From: an uncultured Gemmatimonadales bacterium
GTDB lineage: Bacteria; Gemmatimonadota; Gemmatimonadetes; Gemmatimonadales; GWC2-71-9
Direction of reading: 5' to 3'
DNA: 64,000 nucleotides
Assembly (NCBI GenBank): GCA_963798915.1
Contig: CAWCVB010000005.1
Coordinates: 25,291 to 89,290 of the forward strand
Part shown: piece after piece, positions 1-9,640 of the stretch
How positions within the stretch are numbered: position 1 is the stretch's first letter
Layout: each line of letters opens with the position of its first letter
Notes under the pieces: model-generated
Seen by the model: only the letters and a program-made list of their open reading frames with translations
Database searches by the model: none
What the model was told of the DNA's origin: nothing
Made by a program: the position numbers and the translations under genes

Positions 1-14
1 GCGCCGGGCAATCT

Positions 15-2045
15 GTGCAATCCGTGAAATCTGTGGACCCGTTCAGGCGGCTGAAGATCGGTTGGGGCCGGCGTCGCTATGAGGAGGCCTGCGAACGGCT
101 GCGCGGCGATCATTTCACCAAGCGGATGTCCCGATGGGAGGATGAGGCGGACGCGGAGTACGCCGAGCGGCAGGCACGCCGCCGTACGGAGCTTGCACCG
201 CTCTTGCCGTTTCTCGAGTGGCTCCTTTCGGTCACGCCACCCGTGCCTGAACTTGGTGCGCACGGCGAGGTTCCCTGCTCATGCGCGCGGCTTGCGAGGG
301 CATTGCGCGCGCTGCTGGCGAGGATGCCGCTGCATGGTGACGCGGACCGGCGAGCCGCCAGGCGGCTGCGCGACCGGCTGTCCGAACTGGCGGAGGGCGA
401 CGACACTGATGTCCGGTTCGCCATGGCCATGGCGGAACTGCGCGACGGCATCAGCGAGCTCCGCGCCTGGACCGAAGCGAGCCCGGCTGAGCGGCCGCGC
501 TTCTCCTCCGGCGGCGCCCTTCACCTGACCGACGTTGCGCATGGCGGCACCACCGGCCGCCCCCGCGTCTTTGTGGTGGGGCTCGATGCCGATCGCACCG
601 GCGGCAGCCGGGTGCAGGATCCGATCCTGTCCGACAGCGCTCGCCGCCTGATCGGTGCCGATCGCCTGCCCCTGAGCAGCGATCGGCGCGAGGAGGGTCG
701 CTGGCAGCTCTCGGCGATGCTGGCCCGCATCACAGGGCGGCTCACGCTCTCGCTATCGACCGCCGATGACGGAGCGGGGGACACGGTGAACCCGGCGCAT
801 GTGGTGCTCGAACTCTTCCGCCAGCAGCAAGGCGATGAGTCGCTGGGATACGAGAAGCTCCACCAATCGCTGGGCGAACCGTGCTGCGCGGTCCCGCGCA
901 ACGGGTCCGCCTTTGACACGCGCGGCATCTGGCTCTCCGCCATTGCCGGCGGCTCAAGCGACTATCGCGATGGCACCGCGCTGGTGCGCGCGGCGTGGCC
1001 CCTGCTCGACGCCGGGCTCACGGCGGCGGCTGCCCGGGCCGGCAGCGCCTTCTCCGCCTGGCAGGGCCTGGTTCCTGCCGCCGCGGGGCGGCTCGATCCA
1101 CGCCAGAGCACGGCGCCCATTTCGGCGACTTCGCTTGAACTGCTCTCGTCCTGTCCGCTGGCCTGGTTCTATCACTACGGCCTTGGCCTGCGGCCGCCCG
1201 AAGTCCAGGAGTATGACAGTGAATGCTGGCTGAGCCCGCTCGATCGCGGCTCGCTGCTGCACAGCGTCTACGAGCAGCTTGCCCGTGCCTATCAGGGTCG
1301 CCAGCCGGAGCTTCTCGACGATGCCGCACGCAGGGCGGCGCTGGCCATTGCTGACGCGCTCCTTCTGCAATACCGCGAGAACCTGGTTCCACCCAGTACG
1401 GCGGTATACGAGACGGAAGCGCGGGAAATTCGTGCCTCGACGCTCGCCTTCCTCGAGGGCGAACGCGACAATGCGTTGAGCGGGCGCACCACGTGGGAAG
1501 GTTTCGAGCTGGCCTTCCCGCGGAAGTCCCAGGCGCGGTTTCCGGTGGGCCAGGGCTCCATCCCGGTCCGGGGATTCATCGACCGGGTGGACCGCACCCG
1601 TGACGGCAAGCTCGTCGTCATCGACTACAAGACCGGCAGGCCTGACAGGTACCGGAAGGACAAGCATGACGGACCGTTCCGGGGCGGGCGGCACCTGCAG
1701 CCCGCCATCTACGCCGCGGCCGCGCATCAGGAACTGAACGCCGAGGTGGCGCGCTTCGAGTATCGCTTTCCCACCGAGCGCGGCGAGAACAATGACGTCG
1801 CGTACGACGCCGCTGAACTTGGCGGCGCGAGTGCCATCGTGGCCGGCCTCATGCGGCACGTGGAGCTGGGGGAGTTTCCGCCCACCAACGACGCGGATGA
1901 CTGCGCCTATTGCGATTACGCGCCAGTGTGCCGGGCCTCGAACGACGGTCGTCGCACCACATCGCCACGCGCGGCGTGGGCCGAGCGCCAAGCGGAATCG
2001 CTGGAGCAATACCGCGACATGCTGGCGCGCCGAGCGGCCGAATGA
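15..2045 (+). CDS. addB: AddB/RexB-like helicase-nuclease subunit B with C-terminal PD-(D/E)XK nuclease (5' part probably lies upstream of the window)
   Basis: RGFIDRVD...VIDYKTG nuclease motif; Cys in SSCPLAW plus C-terminal CAYCDYAPVC fit the four-Cys Fe-S staple of AddB; stop overlaps the addA start (ATGA 2042-2045). Confidence 0.85.
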   Translation: MQSVKSVDPFRRLKIGWGRRRYEEACERLRGDHFTKRMSRWEDEADAEYAERQARRRTELAPLLPFLEWLLSVTPPVPELGAHGEVPCSCARLARALRALLARMPLHGDADRRAARRLRDRLSELAEGDDTDVRFAMAMAELRDGISELRAWTEASPAERPRFSSGGALHLTDVAHGGTTGRPRVFVVGLDADRTGGSRVQDPILSDSARRLIGADRLPLSSDRREEGRWQLSAMLARITGRLTLSLSTADDGAGDTVNPAHVVLELFRQQQGDESLGYEKLHQSLGEPCCAVPRNGSAFDTRGIWLSAIAGGSSDYRDGTALVRAAWPLLDAGLTAAAARAGSAFSAWQGLVPAAAGRLDPRQSTAPISATSLELLSSCPLAWFYHYGLGLRPPEVQEYDSECWLSPLDRGSLLHSVYEQLARAYQGRQPELLDDAARRAALAIADALLLQYRENLVPPSTAVYETEAREIRASTLAFLEGERDNALSGRTTWEGFELAFPRKSQARFPVGQGSIPVRGFIDRVDRTRDGKLVVIDYKTGRPDRYRKDKHDGPFRGGRHLQPAIYAAAAHQELNAEVARFEYRFPTERGENNDVAYDAAELGGASAIVAGLMRHVELGEFPPTNDADDCAYCDYAPVCRASNDGRRTTSPRAAWAERQAESLEQYRDMLARRAAE

Positions 2046-5000
2046 GCAGCAGCGTAACAGCCGACCAGCCCGATCGCGATCGCATCGAAACCGATCTGGA
2101 GACGAATCTCCTCGTCGAAGCGGGTGCGGGGTCCGGCAAGACCAGGGGATTGGTGGACCGCATGCTCGCGCTCATTGCCCGCGGCACGCCGGCCGACCAG
2201 ATCGCCGCGGTCACCTTCACCCGGAAGGCCGCCGCCGAGCTGCGCGAGCGGTTCGAGGAGAAGCTCGAGCAACGCGGGCTGCCCGGCCGGGACCAGGCCT
2301 TCATCGGCACCATCCACGCCTTCTGCGGGCGGTTGTTGCGTGAGCATCCGTTGGAGGCCGGCCTCGATCCGGGGTTCGAAGAGGTGGACGAGGAGGGCTG
2401 GCCGGTGCTGGTGCAGCATTTCTGGCGGCGCTGGCTCGAGCGGCTGCGCAGCGAGGACGATGCCGGGCTCCGCTCGGTCATCGAACTGGGGATTGATCCG
2501 CGCGACCTGGCGGCTGGCTTTGCCACGCTGGTCACATATCCCGATGTCACCTTCCCGTCCCCAGCGGTTGCGGCGCCGGATCCCGCGCATTGCCGGGAGC
2601 GGCTGCTGGCGCTGCTGGCAAGGACACGCGCGATGCTGCCCGGTGAGGAGCCGGACAACGGGTACGACTCCCTCCAGCGCACCTGTCGCCGGCTGGGCTT
2701 CTGGCAGCGGACCCAGGACTGGAGTCACCTGCCGACCCTGGCTGCAGCCCTGGCATCACTGAGCGGCAAGAACTGCAGCGTCACCCAGAATCGCTGGGCC
2801 GACAAGACGCTGGCCAAGGCGCTGGGCGAGGAGTGGGCGGATTTCCTCACCGCTGAGGCCGACGTACTGCTCACGCAATGGCGCGAGCACTGCTACCACC
2901 CGGTCATGGCGCTCCTCACCCACGCCGCCGAAGCATTCAGCCGGGAGCGGATGCGAGCCGGCACCCTCGGCTTCGGCGACCTCCTGGTCGGAGCATCTCA
3001 TCTCTTGCGTGGCAGCGCCCGCGCCCGTCGCGTGCTGGGGGAGCGCTTCCGTCACCTGCTGGTGGACGAGTTCCAGGATACCGATCCAATCCAGGCGGAA
3101 ATCTGCTTCCTGCTGGCGTCCGATCCTTCCGAGGGCGTGGATTGGCGGCAGGTCACGCTGCGTCCCGGCGCCCTCTTCGTTGTGGGTGACCCGAAGCAGA
3201 GCATCTACCGGTTCCGGCGCGCCGACATCCAGACCTACGAGATGGTGAAGCGACGGATGGCCGAGCAAGGTGCGGTGCTCCGGCTCACCAGCAACTGGCG
3301 CTCGGTGCACCCGATCGCGACGATGGTGGATGGCCACTTCGTGCGTCACTTCCCGGCGGATGGCTCGCCGGTGCAGGCGCCGTTTGCGCCACTCGCCACG
3401 GTGAATCCGCCTGCGGATGCCGACGGAGTTTTCTGCTATGGCGTGACACCGGCCGGGAACAACAAGGACGATATCCACGCCGAAGACGCCGCGCGCGTGG
3501 CATCGCTCCTCGCCGAACGCATCCGCAGCGGCAGGTACGTACCCTCGGATTTCCTGCTGCTCGCCATGAACCTCAAGTCCCTCGCACCCTACGCCAGGGA
3601 GCTTTCGGCGCGCAATGTTCCGGTCAGCGTTACCGGCGCGCCGCTGCCGCAGGAGGAGGAACTGGGCGAACTGCTCATCGTCCTCCGCGCGCTGGCTGAT
3701 CCATCCAACCCGGTGCTGGTCGCGGCAGCGCTCGAAGGGCTCTGTTTCGGCCTCTCGCCCGCCGACCTCGACGCCGGCCGCTCGGCCGGGCTCGCGTTCA
3801 CCGGGTGCGAGCCGCCGACGGAGGCGAACACCAGGTGTGGCCAGGCACTCGGGGTTCTGCATGAATGGTGGCAGGCGTCGCGGCGGATGCCGCCTGACCT
3901 TCTGCTGGAGCACCTGCTCGATGCCACCGGGCTGCTGCCGTACGCGGCGGGCCTCGCGCTTGGTGACGCTCGTGCCGGCGCGCTGCTGCATCTCGTCGAG
4001 CTGCTGCGGCGGGAAAGCGGAGCATCGGGTCTGTCGCTGCCGGGCGGGGTCGAGCTGATCGAGACGGCGTTGGACGCGTCGCGAGCCGAGACACCGCTCC
4101 GGCCCGGGCGGCGTGAATCGGTGCGGGTCATGAACCTGCACAAGGCCAAGGGACTCGAGGCGAGGGTCGTGATCCTGGTGGCGCCGGTGGCGCAGTCGGA
4201 GCACGCGCCATCGGTACACGTGCGTCGGGACGGCGATGGTGCGGCGAGCGGCGGCATGCTCATCGCCGGAGACAGGACGGTCCTGGCCCAACCGGCAGGA
4301 TGGCAGGAGATGGCGGCGCGCGAAGCCGAATTTGCGGTGGCGGAACGGCAGCGCCTGCTCTATGTGGCTGCCACCCGGGCCAGAAGGGAGCTGATCGTCT
4401 CGCAGCTGGCCCTGCAACTGAAGACAAAGATGGCGGACGACAAGTCCTTCTGGGCGCCGTTTGCGGACGCCCTCACGGCGCACGCTGTGCGCCTGACGCT
4501 GCCAATGGATGAGCCGGCCGGACGCGAGCAGCCGGTTGAGACGTCGGAACAGATCCGTGCGCGCTGTGCTGAGGCGAGGACGGCTCGCTCTCGCGCGGGA
4601 GTGACCGGTGTTCGGCTGACCTCGGTCACGCGCACCTTGCGTGAGGAGCGCGAGGATGGGCGGATGGATGGCAGTGCGCGCCGGGGTGCTGGGGCGGCAT
4701 GGGGGCGGCTGGTGCACCGTGCCCTGGAGGCGATGGGGCGGGGGCGTGAGGGCTTGTCGCTCGAGCGCTACGTGCGCGCACTCGCGCGCGAGGAGCAGCC
4801 ACTCTCAGCGCCACAGGAAGTCGAGGCGACGGTCGCCCGGGTGCTGGCTCAGGTGCGACGCATGCATGAGGACGCCTCTTGGCAGCGCCTCGCCGCTGCC
4901 ACCGACCGCGCGTTCGAGCTGCCGATTCTGACGGTGGAGCGCGAGGGGGACATGGATGTCATCACCCAGGGCATTGCCGATGCGGCGGCCCTGGTGGAGG

Positions 5001-5164
5001 GTGAGTGGCTGATCTTCGACTGGAAGACCGACCATGCGGACGACACCACATGGAGGCATCGGGAAGCAGAATACCGCCGGCAGGTGGATGCGTACGCGCG
5101 CATGATCGAGCTGCGCTCGGGTGTATCGGCGCGGGGCGAGGTCGTTCGAGTGCAGGAGACCTGA
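2042..5164 (+). CDS. addA: AddA/RexA-like UvrD-family helicase-nuclease subunit A
   Basis: AGAGSGKT Walker A, DEFQDT, VGDPKQSIYRFR, HKAKGLE and LLYVAATRA SF1 motifs; C-terminal GIAD...IFDWKTD nuclease; start taken at ATG 2042 (MSSSV). Confidence 0.9.
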   Translation: MSSSVTADQPDRDRIETDLETNLLVEAGAGSGKTRGLVDRMLALIARGTPADQIAAVTFTRKAAAELRERFEEKLEQRGLPGRDQAFIGTIHAFCGRLLREHPLEAGLDPGFEEVDEEGWPVLVQHFWRRWLERLRSEDDAGLRSVIELGIDPRDLAAGFATLVTYPDVTFPSPAVAAPDPAHCRERLLALLARTRAMLPGEEPDNGYDSLQRTCRRLGFWQRTQDWSHLPTLAAALASLSGKNCSVTQNRWADKTLAKALGEEWADFLTAEADVLLTQWREHCYHPVMALLTHAAEAFSRERMRAGTLGFGDLLVGASHLLRGSARARRVLGERFRHLLVDEFQDTDPIQAEICFLLASDPSEGVDWRQVTLRPGALFVVGDPKQSIYRFRRADIQTYEMVKRRMAEQGAVLRLTSNWRSVHPIATMVDGHFVRHFPADGSPVQAPFAPLATVNPPADADGVFCYGVTPAGNNKDDIHAEDAARVASLLAERIRSGRYVPSDFLLLAMNLKSLAPYARELSARNVPVSVTGAPLPQEEELGELLIVLRALADPSNPVLVAAALEGLCFGLSPADLDAGRSAGLAFTGCEPPTEANTRCGQALGVLHEWWQASRRMPPDLLLEHLLDATGLLPYAAGLALGDARAGALLHLVELLRRESGASGLSLPGGVELIETALDASRAETPLRPGRRESVRVMNLHKAKGLEARVVILVAPVAQSEHAPSVHVRRDGDGAASGGMLIAGDRTVLAQPAGWQEMAAREAEFAVAERQRLLYVAATRARRELIVSQLALQLKTKMADDKSFWAPFADALTAHAVRLTLPMDEPAGREQPVETSEQIRARCAEARTARSRAGVTGVRLTSVTRTLREEREDGRMDGSARRGAGAAWGRLVHRALEAMGRGREGLSLERYVRALAREEQPLSAPQEVEATVARVLAQVRRMHEDASWQRLAAATDRAFELPILTVEREGDMDVITQGIADAAALVEGEWLIFDWKTDHADDTTWRHREAEYRRQVDAYARMIELRSGVSARGEVVRVQET

Positions 5165-6234
5165 TGGCGGGCACCAGACTGCAGCGATGGATGGATCTCC
5201 TGGCGGCACTGCTGCGGCGCCGCTATCCCGTCACGTTTGATGAATTGCGACAGGATGTTCCCGCCTACAGTGGCACGCCGGAGAGCGTCCGGCGGATGTT
5301 TGAGCGCGACAAGGACGACCTGCGCCAGTTTGGCATTCCGATCGAGACGGTGAGGGAAGACGGCGACGTGCTGGGCTACCGGCTCCGCGCACGCGATTTC
5401 TACATGCCCTACCTGGCGGTGGTCGACGCGGAACGACGCACCGAGCCGGCTCGCGTCAACCGGGATGGCTTTCGTGGGCTGGAACTGCTCGCCTTCACCG
5501 CCGATGAGCTCGCGGCGATCGCCGAAGGCGCGCGGCAGGTGCTGCACCTGGGAGACGACGATCTCGCCGGCGACGCGGGCTCGGCGCTCCGAAAACTGGC
5601 CGTGGACCTGCCGATGGATGGCGTGGAGCACGCGTCCAGCCGGGAGCGTGTCGTGCCGGCGACGGCACGCCACGACGAGGCCGTGCTCGACGAACTGGCG
5701 GACGCGATGGAGCGCCGGAAGCGGGTGAGCTTTGACTATGCCTCGGTGGCCACGGCCGCCATGACCCACCGCACAGTCGAGCCGCTGGGTCTCTTCTACC
5801 TCAGCCATCATTGGTATCTCGCCGCCCGGGAACCGGGCGAGGAACTGGTCAAGAATTTCCGGGTGAGCCGCATGACGAGCGCGCACGCCAATGGCCACCG
5901 GCCCGGAAGTCCCGATTTCGATCGACCGCAGGGATTCGATCTTCGCATGCACGCGCGCCAGCGGAACACCTGGGAGCTGGGCGATGGCAACTGGCTGGAG
6001 GCCGTGGTCGCCATCACCAGCCGCTCCGGTGCGGCGGACGCCGCCGCGCAGCTCGGCGCCGAGGTGCCTGGCGAGGCGGCGCAGCGGACCTATCAGGTGC
6101 GCCGCTTGGACGCGTTCGTCCGGTGGATGCTGCCGCTCGCCGGGCAGGTGACACCGATTTCGCCACCGGAACTCATCGAGGCATGGCACGACGCCGTGCG
6201 GGACACGCTCGCACTCTACCAGGGCACCGCATGA
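5164..6234 (+). CDS. WYL-domain transcriptional regulator (PafB-like, HTH-WYL-WCX)
   Basis: N-terminal RLQRWMDLL...RRMFERDKDDLRQFGIPI wHTH typical of PafB; RTVEPLGL..HWYL..FRVSRM; start overlaps the addA stop (TGATG). Confidence 0.88.
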   Translation: MAGTRLQRWMDLLAALLRRRYPVTFDELRQDVPAYSGTPESVRRMFERDKDDLRQFGIPIETVREDGDVLGYRLRARDFYMPYLAVVDAERRTEPARVNRDGFRGLELLAFTADELAAIAEGARQVLHLGDDDLAGDAGSALRKLAVDLPMDGVEHASSRERVVPATARHDEAVLDELADAMERRKRVSFDYASVATAAMTHRTVEPLGLFYLSHHWYLAAREPGEELVKNFRVSRMTSAHANGHRPGSPDFDRPQGFDLRMHARQRNTWELGDGNWLEAVVAITSRSGAADAAAQLGAEVPGEAAQRTYQVRRLDAFVRWMLPLAGQVTPISPPELIEAWHDAVRDTLALYQGTA

Positions 6235-7211
6235 GTGACACCGCAGCAGACCAGCTCCGGCGCGTCCTGCTCCTCATTCCCAAGCTGGCCGACGACGAAA
6301 ATCACGACATCAACGAGGTCGCGGCGTTGCTTGGTGTGGATCGCGCCACTCTGCTGCGGGATGTGCGTTCACTGGCCAGCAGGTTCGACGATCCCGGCGG
6401 CTTCGTGGAGGGAGTCACTATTACCTATGACGACGAGGTCGTGTCGGTGCATGCCAGCCACTTCCTGCGTCCGATGCGGCTCACCGTGAGCGAGCTGGCC
6501 GCGCTGGAGCTGGGACTGGCGATGCTGCGCGGTCTCCGTCCGCCCGAGGACCAGGCCGTGGTGGAGAGCGCACGGGAGCGGCTGCGCAAGGTGCTGGCAG
6601 AGCTGCCCGACAGCTCCGATCATCTGGCGCTGCGTACCGCAAGTCTGGGCGCGCTGACGCCGGCCCTTCGTGCCATGCGGGAGACCCTGCGTCTGGCGTC
6701 GCGCGACCGGCACAAGGTCCGGTTCGGGTACCAGAAGGCGGACGCCGCCTCGGCGAGCGAACGGGTCATCTGTCCCTATGGCCTGCTCTTTTCGCGGGGC
6801 ACCTGGTACCTGGTGGCGCACTGCGAATCGAGTGCTGGCCTGCGGGTGTTCCGGCTCGATCGCGTCACCGCGGTAGAACGGTTGGACGAGCGCTTCGACG
6901 GGCCCGAGGAGGCTGTGCTCGCGAGCGTGGTGCGCGACGGCCATGTGTTTCATACGGAGGATCCGGTGGCCAGCGTCAGCATCCGGTATGCACCGGCCGT
7001 GGCGGGATGGATCGCGGAGCGGGAAGGCGTGGAACTGGCGGAGGATGGCTCGCTCACACGCGACTACCCGCTGGCAGACACCGACTGGGCAGTGCGGCAT
7101 GTACTGCAGTACGGCCCCGACGCGGAAGTGCTGGCGCCGGAGGAAGTGCGGGTGATGCTGCGGGAGCGATTGACGGGGGCCGGACGTCGAGCGTCAAGCG
7201 TCAAGCGCTGA
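6231..7211 (+). CDS. WYL-domain transcriptional regulator (PafC-like)
   Basis: QLRRVLLLIP N-terminus, RPMRLT..E, RVICPYGL..GTWYLVAHC..RVFRLDRV, WCX-like VLQYGPDAEVLAP; ATGA overlap with the previous gene. Confidence 0.88.
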   Translation: MSDTAADQLRRVLLLIPKLADDENHDINEVAALLGVDRATLLRDVRSLASRFDDPGGFVEGVTITYDDEVVSVHASHFLRPMRLTVSELAALELGLAMLRGLRPPEDQAVVESARERLRKVLAELPDSSDHLALRTASLGALTPALRAMRETLRLASRDRHKVRFGYQKADAASASERVICPYGLLFSRGTWYLVAHCESSAGLRVFRLDRVTAVERLDERFDGPEEAVLASVVRDGHVFHTEDPVASVSIRYAPAVAGWIAEREGVELAEDGSLTRDYPLADTDWAVRHVLQYGPDAEVLAPEEVRVMLRERLTGAGRRASSVKR

Positions 7212-7245
7212 GGTTATCGGCGCGCTCGACGCTCAGCGCTCGACA
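7186..7245. terminator. Inverted heptamer hairpin between convergent genes; candidate bidirectional terminator
   Basis: Units GCGTCAA/GCGCTGA on the left are complemented by TCGACGC/TCAGCGC on the right, spanning the WYL stop; no U-tract. Confidence 0.4.
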
Positions 7246-7246
7246 G

Positions 7247-7831
7247 TCAGCCTTCGGCCGCCACGCCATTCCATGCGACTTCCACATCCGCCGCCGCCTG
7301 CTTCAGGATCTCGGCCACCCGGGCAAGGGCCGGATCTTCCGGACCCCGGCGCCAGGCGGTGCCGAAGGTGGTCCTTGCCAGGCGGGCAAAGTTGCGGTGG
7401 ACGTCACCCATCGCGCCGCCGGCCACGTCGCGTACCGTCTCGCGCACCCGGTCCACGATCTCGTCGATCACGTCACGGTTTTCCTTGAGATACGCTTCGC
7501 CCTCGGCGGTAACGTGGTACACCTTCTTGCCGTCAGTTTCCTCCACCCGGACGTACCCTTCGTCCTCCAGCAGCTGCAGGGTGGGGTACACCGTGCCGGG
7601 TGAGGCCGAATAGCAGCCGGAGAGCTTTTCTTCCAGCGCTTTCATTACCTCGTAGCCATGCATCGGCTTTTCCTTGAGCAGGCGCAGGATGATGAACTTC
7701 ACCTCACCCGACTCGAACATCTGCCGGCGGCGCCGGCCCCGGCCGCCACGCGGGCCACCCCAGCCGCCGAAATTGAAGGGAAACTCTCCGGCAAAGCCGC
7801 CGAAGCCCCAGTCACCACGTGCGTTACCCAT
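7247..7831 (-). CDS. PadR-family transcriptional regulator (YqjI-like, Gly/Arg-rich N-terminus)
   Basis: ILRLLKEKPMHGYEVMKALE..YSASPGTVYPTLQLLEDEG..KKVYHVTAEG; SD-like GAGGTG upstream. Confidence 0.92.
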   Translation of the reverse strand: MGNARGDWGFGGFAGEFPFNFGGWGGPRGGRGRRRRQMFESGEVKFIILRLLKEKPMHGYEVMKALEEKLSGCYSASPGTVYPTLQLLEDEGYVRVEETDGKKVYHVTAEGEAYLKENRDVIDEIVDRVRETVRDVAGGAMGDVHRNFARLARTTFGTAWRRGPEDPALARVAEILKQAAADVEVAWNGVAAEG

Positions 7832-7843
7832 GTTGTCACCTCA

Positions 7844-7876
7844 GTATATCGTACGTTGTTACGGACGATATATCGT
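7844..7876. promoter_or_regulatory. Candidate PadR autoregulatory operator
   Basis: Perfect palindrome ACGATATATCGT (7865-7876) and half-site GTATATCGT (7844-7852) just upstream of padR, AT-rich in a GC-rich background. Confidence 0.65.
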
Positions 7877-7960
7877 AATGAGTCGAGGGTCAAGGGTCAA
7901 GGGTCGCGGGTCGGAGCTGCGCCATGGCTCTGTCCGTACAAGGCTCGGGGTGGCTCCGGA

Positions 7961-8200
7961 GCTGTCATCCCGAGCGCAGCGAGGGATCTTGCCCGCCGTG
8001 CTTCGGAGCCGGTTGAGTAGATCCTTCGCTTCGCTCAGCTGTCATCCCGAGCGCAGCGAGGGATCTTGCCCGCCGTGCTTCGGAGCCGGTTGAGTAGATC
8101 CTTCGCTTCGCTCAGCTGTCATCCCGAGCGCAGCGAGGGATCTTGCCCGCCGTGCTTCGGAGCCGGTTGAGTAGATCCTTCGCTTCGCTCAGGATGACAG
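7961..8200. repeat. Three identical 77-bp tandem units of a TGTCATCC...GGATGACA palindromic element
   Basis: Units start at 7961, 8038 and 8115; only the last carries the closing GGATGACA. Confidence 0.95.
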
Positions 8201-8209
8201 ATATTGTCT

Positions 8210-8285
8210 CCGACGACCGACGACCGACGACCGACGACCGCACGACCGCCGACCGACGACCGACGACCGACGACCGACGACCGCC
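8210..8285. repeat. Heptamer array (CGACGAC)n; C-rich partner of the GGTCRAG/GGTCGCG arm at 7880-7913
   Basis: About 10 units read directly. Confidence 0.9.
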
Positions 8286-8350
8286 GAGCCGCCGAGCCAA
8301 CGAGCCGCCGCAACCCTACATTGAACCTTTCCTTCTTCCGGAGACCCGCC

Positions 8351-9574
8351 ATGACCGCAGACGCACGCTTCTTGTTGCTGCTGCTCGCCCTTGTCGCCGC
8401 CGCTTGCAGCGAGGGCAGCGGGGCCACCTCGATCGTGACCGATAGCGCGGGTGTCGAGATCGTGACCAGTTCGGCGCCAGCGTGGACGTCCGGAGAGGCA
8501 TGGACCGTCGACACCGCGCCGCTGCTCGATATCGGCGGCAGCGGCACCGATCCGCACTTCGATCTCGTCGAGGTGGTCGACGCGGTACGGCTCAGCGGCG
8601 GTCGCATTGCGGTCATGAACAACAGCATTCCCGACCTCCGGTTCTACGATTCCAGTGGCGCCTACCTGAGTACCACGGGCCGAGCCGGCGAGGCACCCGG
8701 AGAATTCCGTCGTATCGCATCCATCCTGGCTGGTCCGGGCGACACCCTCTATCTCTATGACTACCAGCTCCGGCGGATGAATCGCATCGCGCCGGATGGG
8801 CGTTTTCTCTCCTCCGTACCGATGCCGCCATCGGGAGGGAAACTTGGCGTCGAGCCATTTGCCCGCCTTCCCGATGGCTCGTGGGCGGCCACGGTGGAGG
8901 AGTTCTCGGTTCAGACTGGCGGCGGTGCACAGCGCGATAGTGTGGCGGTGCTGCACCTGCCCGCCTCGCTGCAAGCCGTGGCGGACACGGTCGGCAGCTT
9001 TCCGGCCAGTGAGCTGTTCATCCAGACGAGCGGCGAGGGCGAGAACCGCTCCGTCAGGGTGATGCCACTCCCGCTGGGTTTGTCGACGACCTTTGCGCTG
9101 CAGGACTCATCCATCCTCGTCGGGAATCCTGAGCGCTATGAAATTCGAGCCTACCGGTCCGACGGCACGCTGACCCGAATCATTCGCCGGCCAGTTGATC
9201 GTGAGCCGCTTAGCCACGGCGAACTCGATCGGTGGAAAGAGGACGAACTCGCCAGCGTGGATGCCAGAGGGAAGGAGCGGCTGGAGGCCGCATGGAAGGT
9301 TGCGCCGCTTACCTCACTCAAACCGGCCTACGGGAGCATCCACGTTGACCAGGACGGCGATCTCTGGGTGGAGCACGTCAAGCTGGTGCGGTCCGACTCC
9401 GGAACGGCGGACGTCTTTGATTCCCTGGGACGCCTGCTCGGTACTGTGGCGCTCCCTCCCGGACTCCAGATCGCCCGGATCGGGCCGGACTATATCCTGG
9501 GAATCTGGCGTGATGAGATGGACTTGGAGCACGTCAGGATGTATCGCTTGAGAAAGCCGGCTGGACGGGACTAG
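8351..9574 (+). CDS. Lipoprotein, probable 6-bladed beta-propeller
   Basis: Lipobox VAAAC; TDSAGVEIV, GRAGEAPGEFR and VDQDGDLWV motifs. Confidence 0.75.
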   Translation: MTADARFLLLLLALVAAACSEGSGATSIVTDSAGVEIVTSSAPAWTSGEAWTVDTAPLLDIGGSGTDPHFDLVEVVDAVRLSGGRIAVMNNSIPDLRFYDSSGAYLSTTGRAGEAPGEFRRIASILAGPGDTLYLYDYQLRRMNRIAPDGRFLSSVPMPPSGGKLGVEPFARLPDGSWAATVEEFSVQTGGGAQRDSVAVLHLPASLQAVADTVGSFPASELFIQTSGEGENRSVRVMPLPLGLSTTFALQDSSILVGNPERYEIRAYRSDGTLTRIIRRPVDREPLSHGELDRWKEDELASVDARGKERLEAAWKVAPLTSLKPAYGSIHVDQDGDLWVEHVKLVRSDSGTADVFDSLGRLLGTVALPPGLQIARIGPDYILGIWRDEMDLEHVRMYRLRKPAGRD

Positions 9575-9640
9575 CGGCCCTGCGCGTTCGACCAGACGAC
9601 CATCGCTGCGCAGACAAATCTCCAACACCGAGGGCCCTCC

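Noticed and set aside
2756..4717. Long antisense ORFs (also 15040-16581, 20542-21963, 33967-35274, 49080-50567)
   Set aside because: Shadow frames of real genes in high-GC DNA with no recognizable motifs.
7961..8200. CRISPR array
   Set aside because: The 77-bp units are fully identical with no unique spacers, and there are no cas genes. The AddB nuclease is Cas4-like only by fold.
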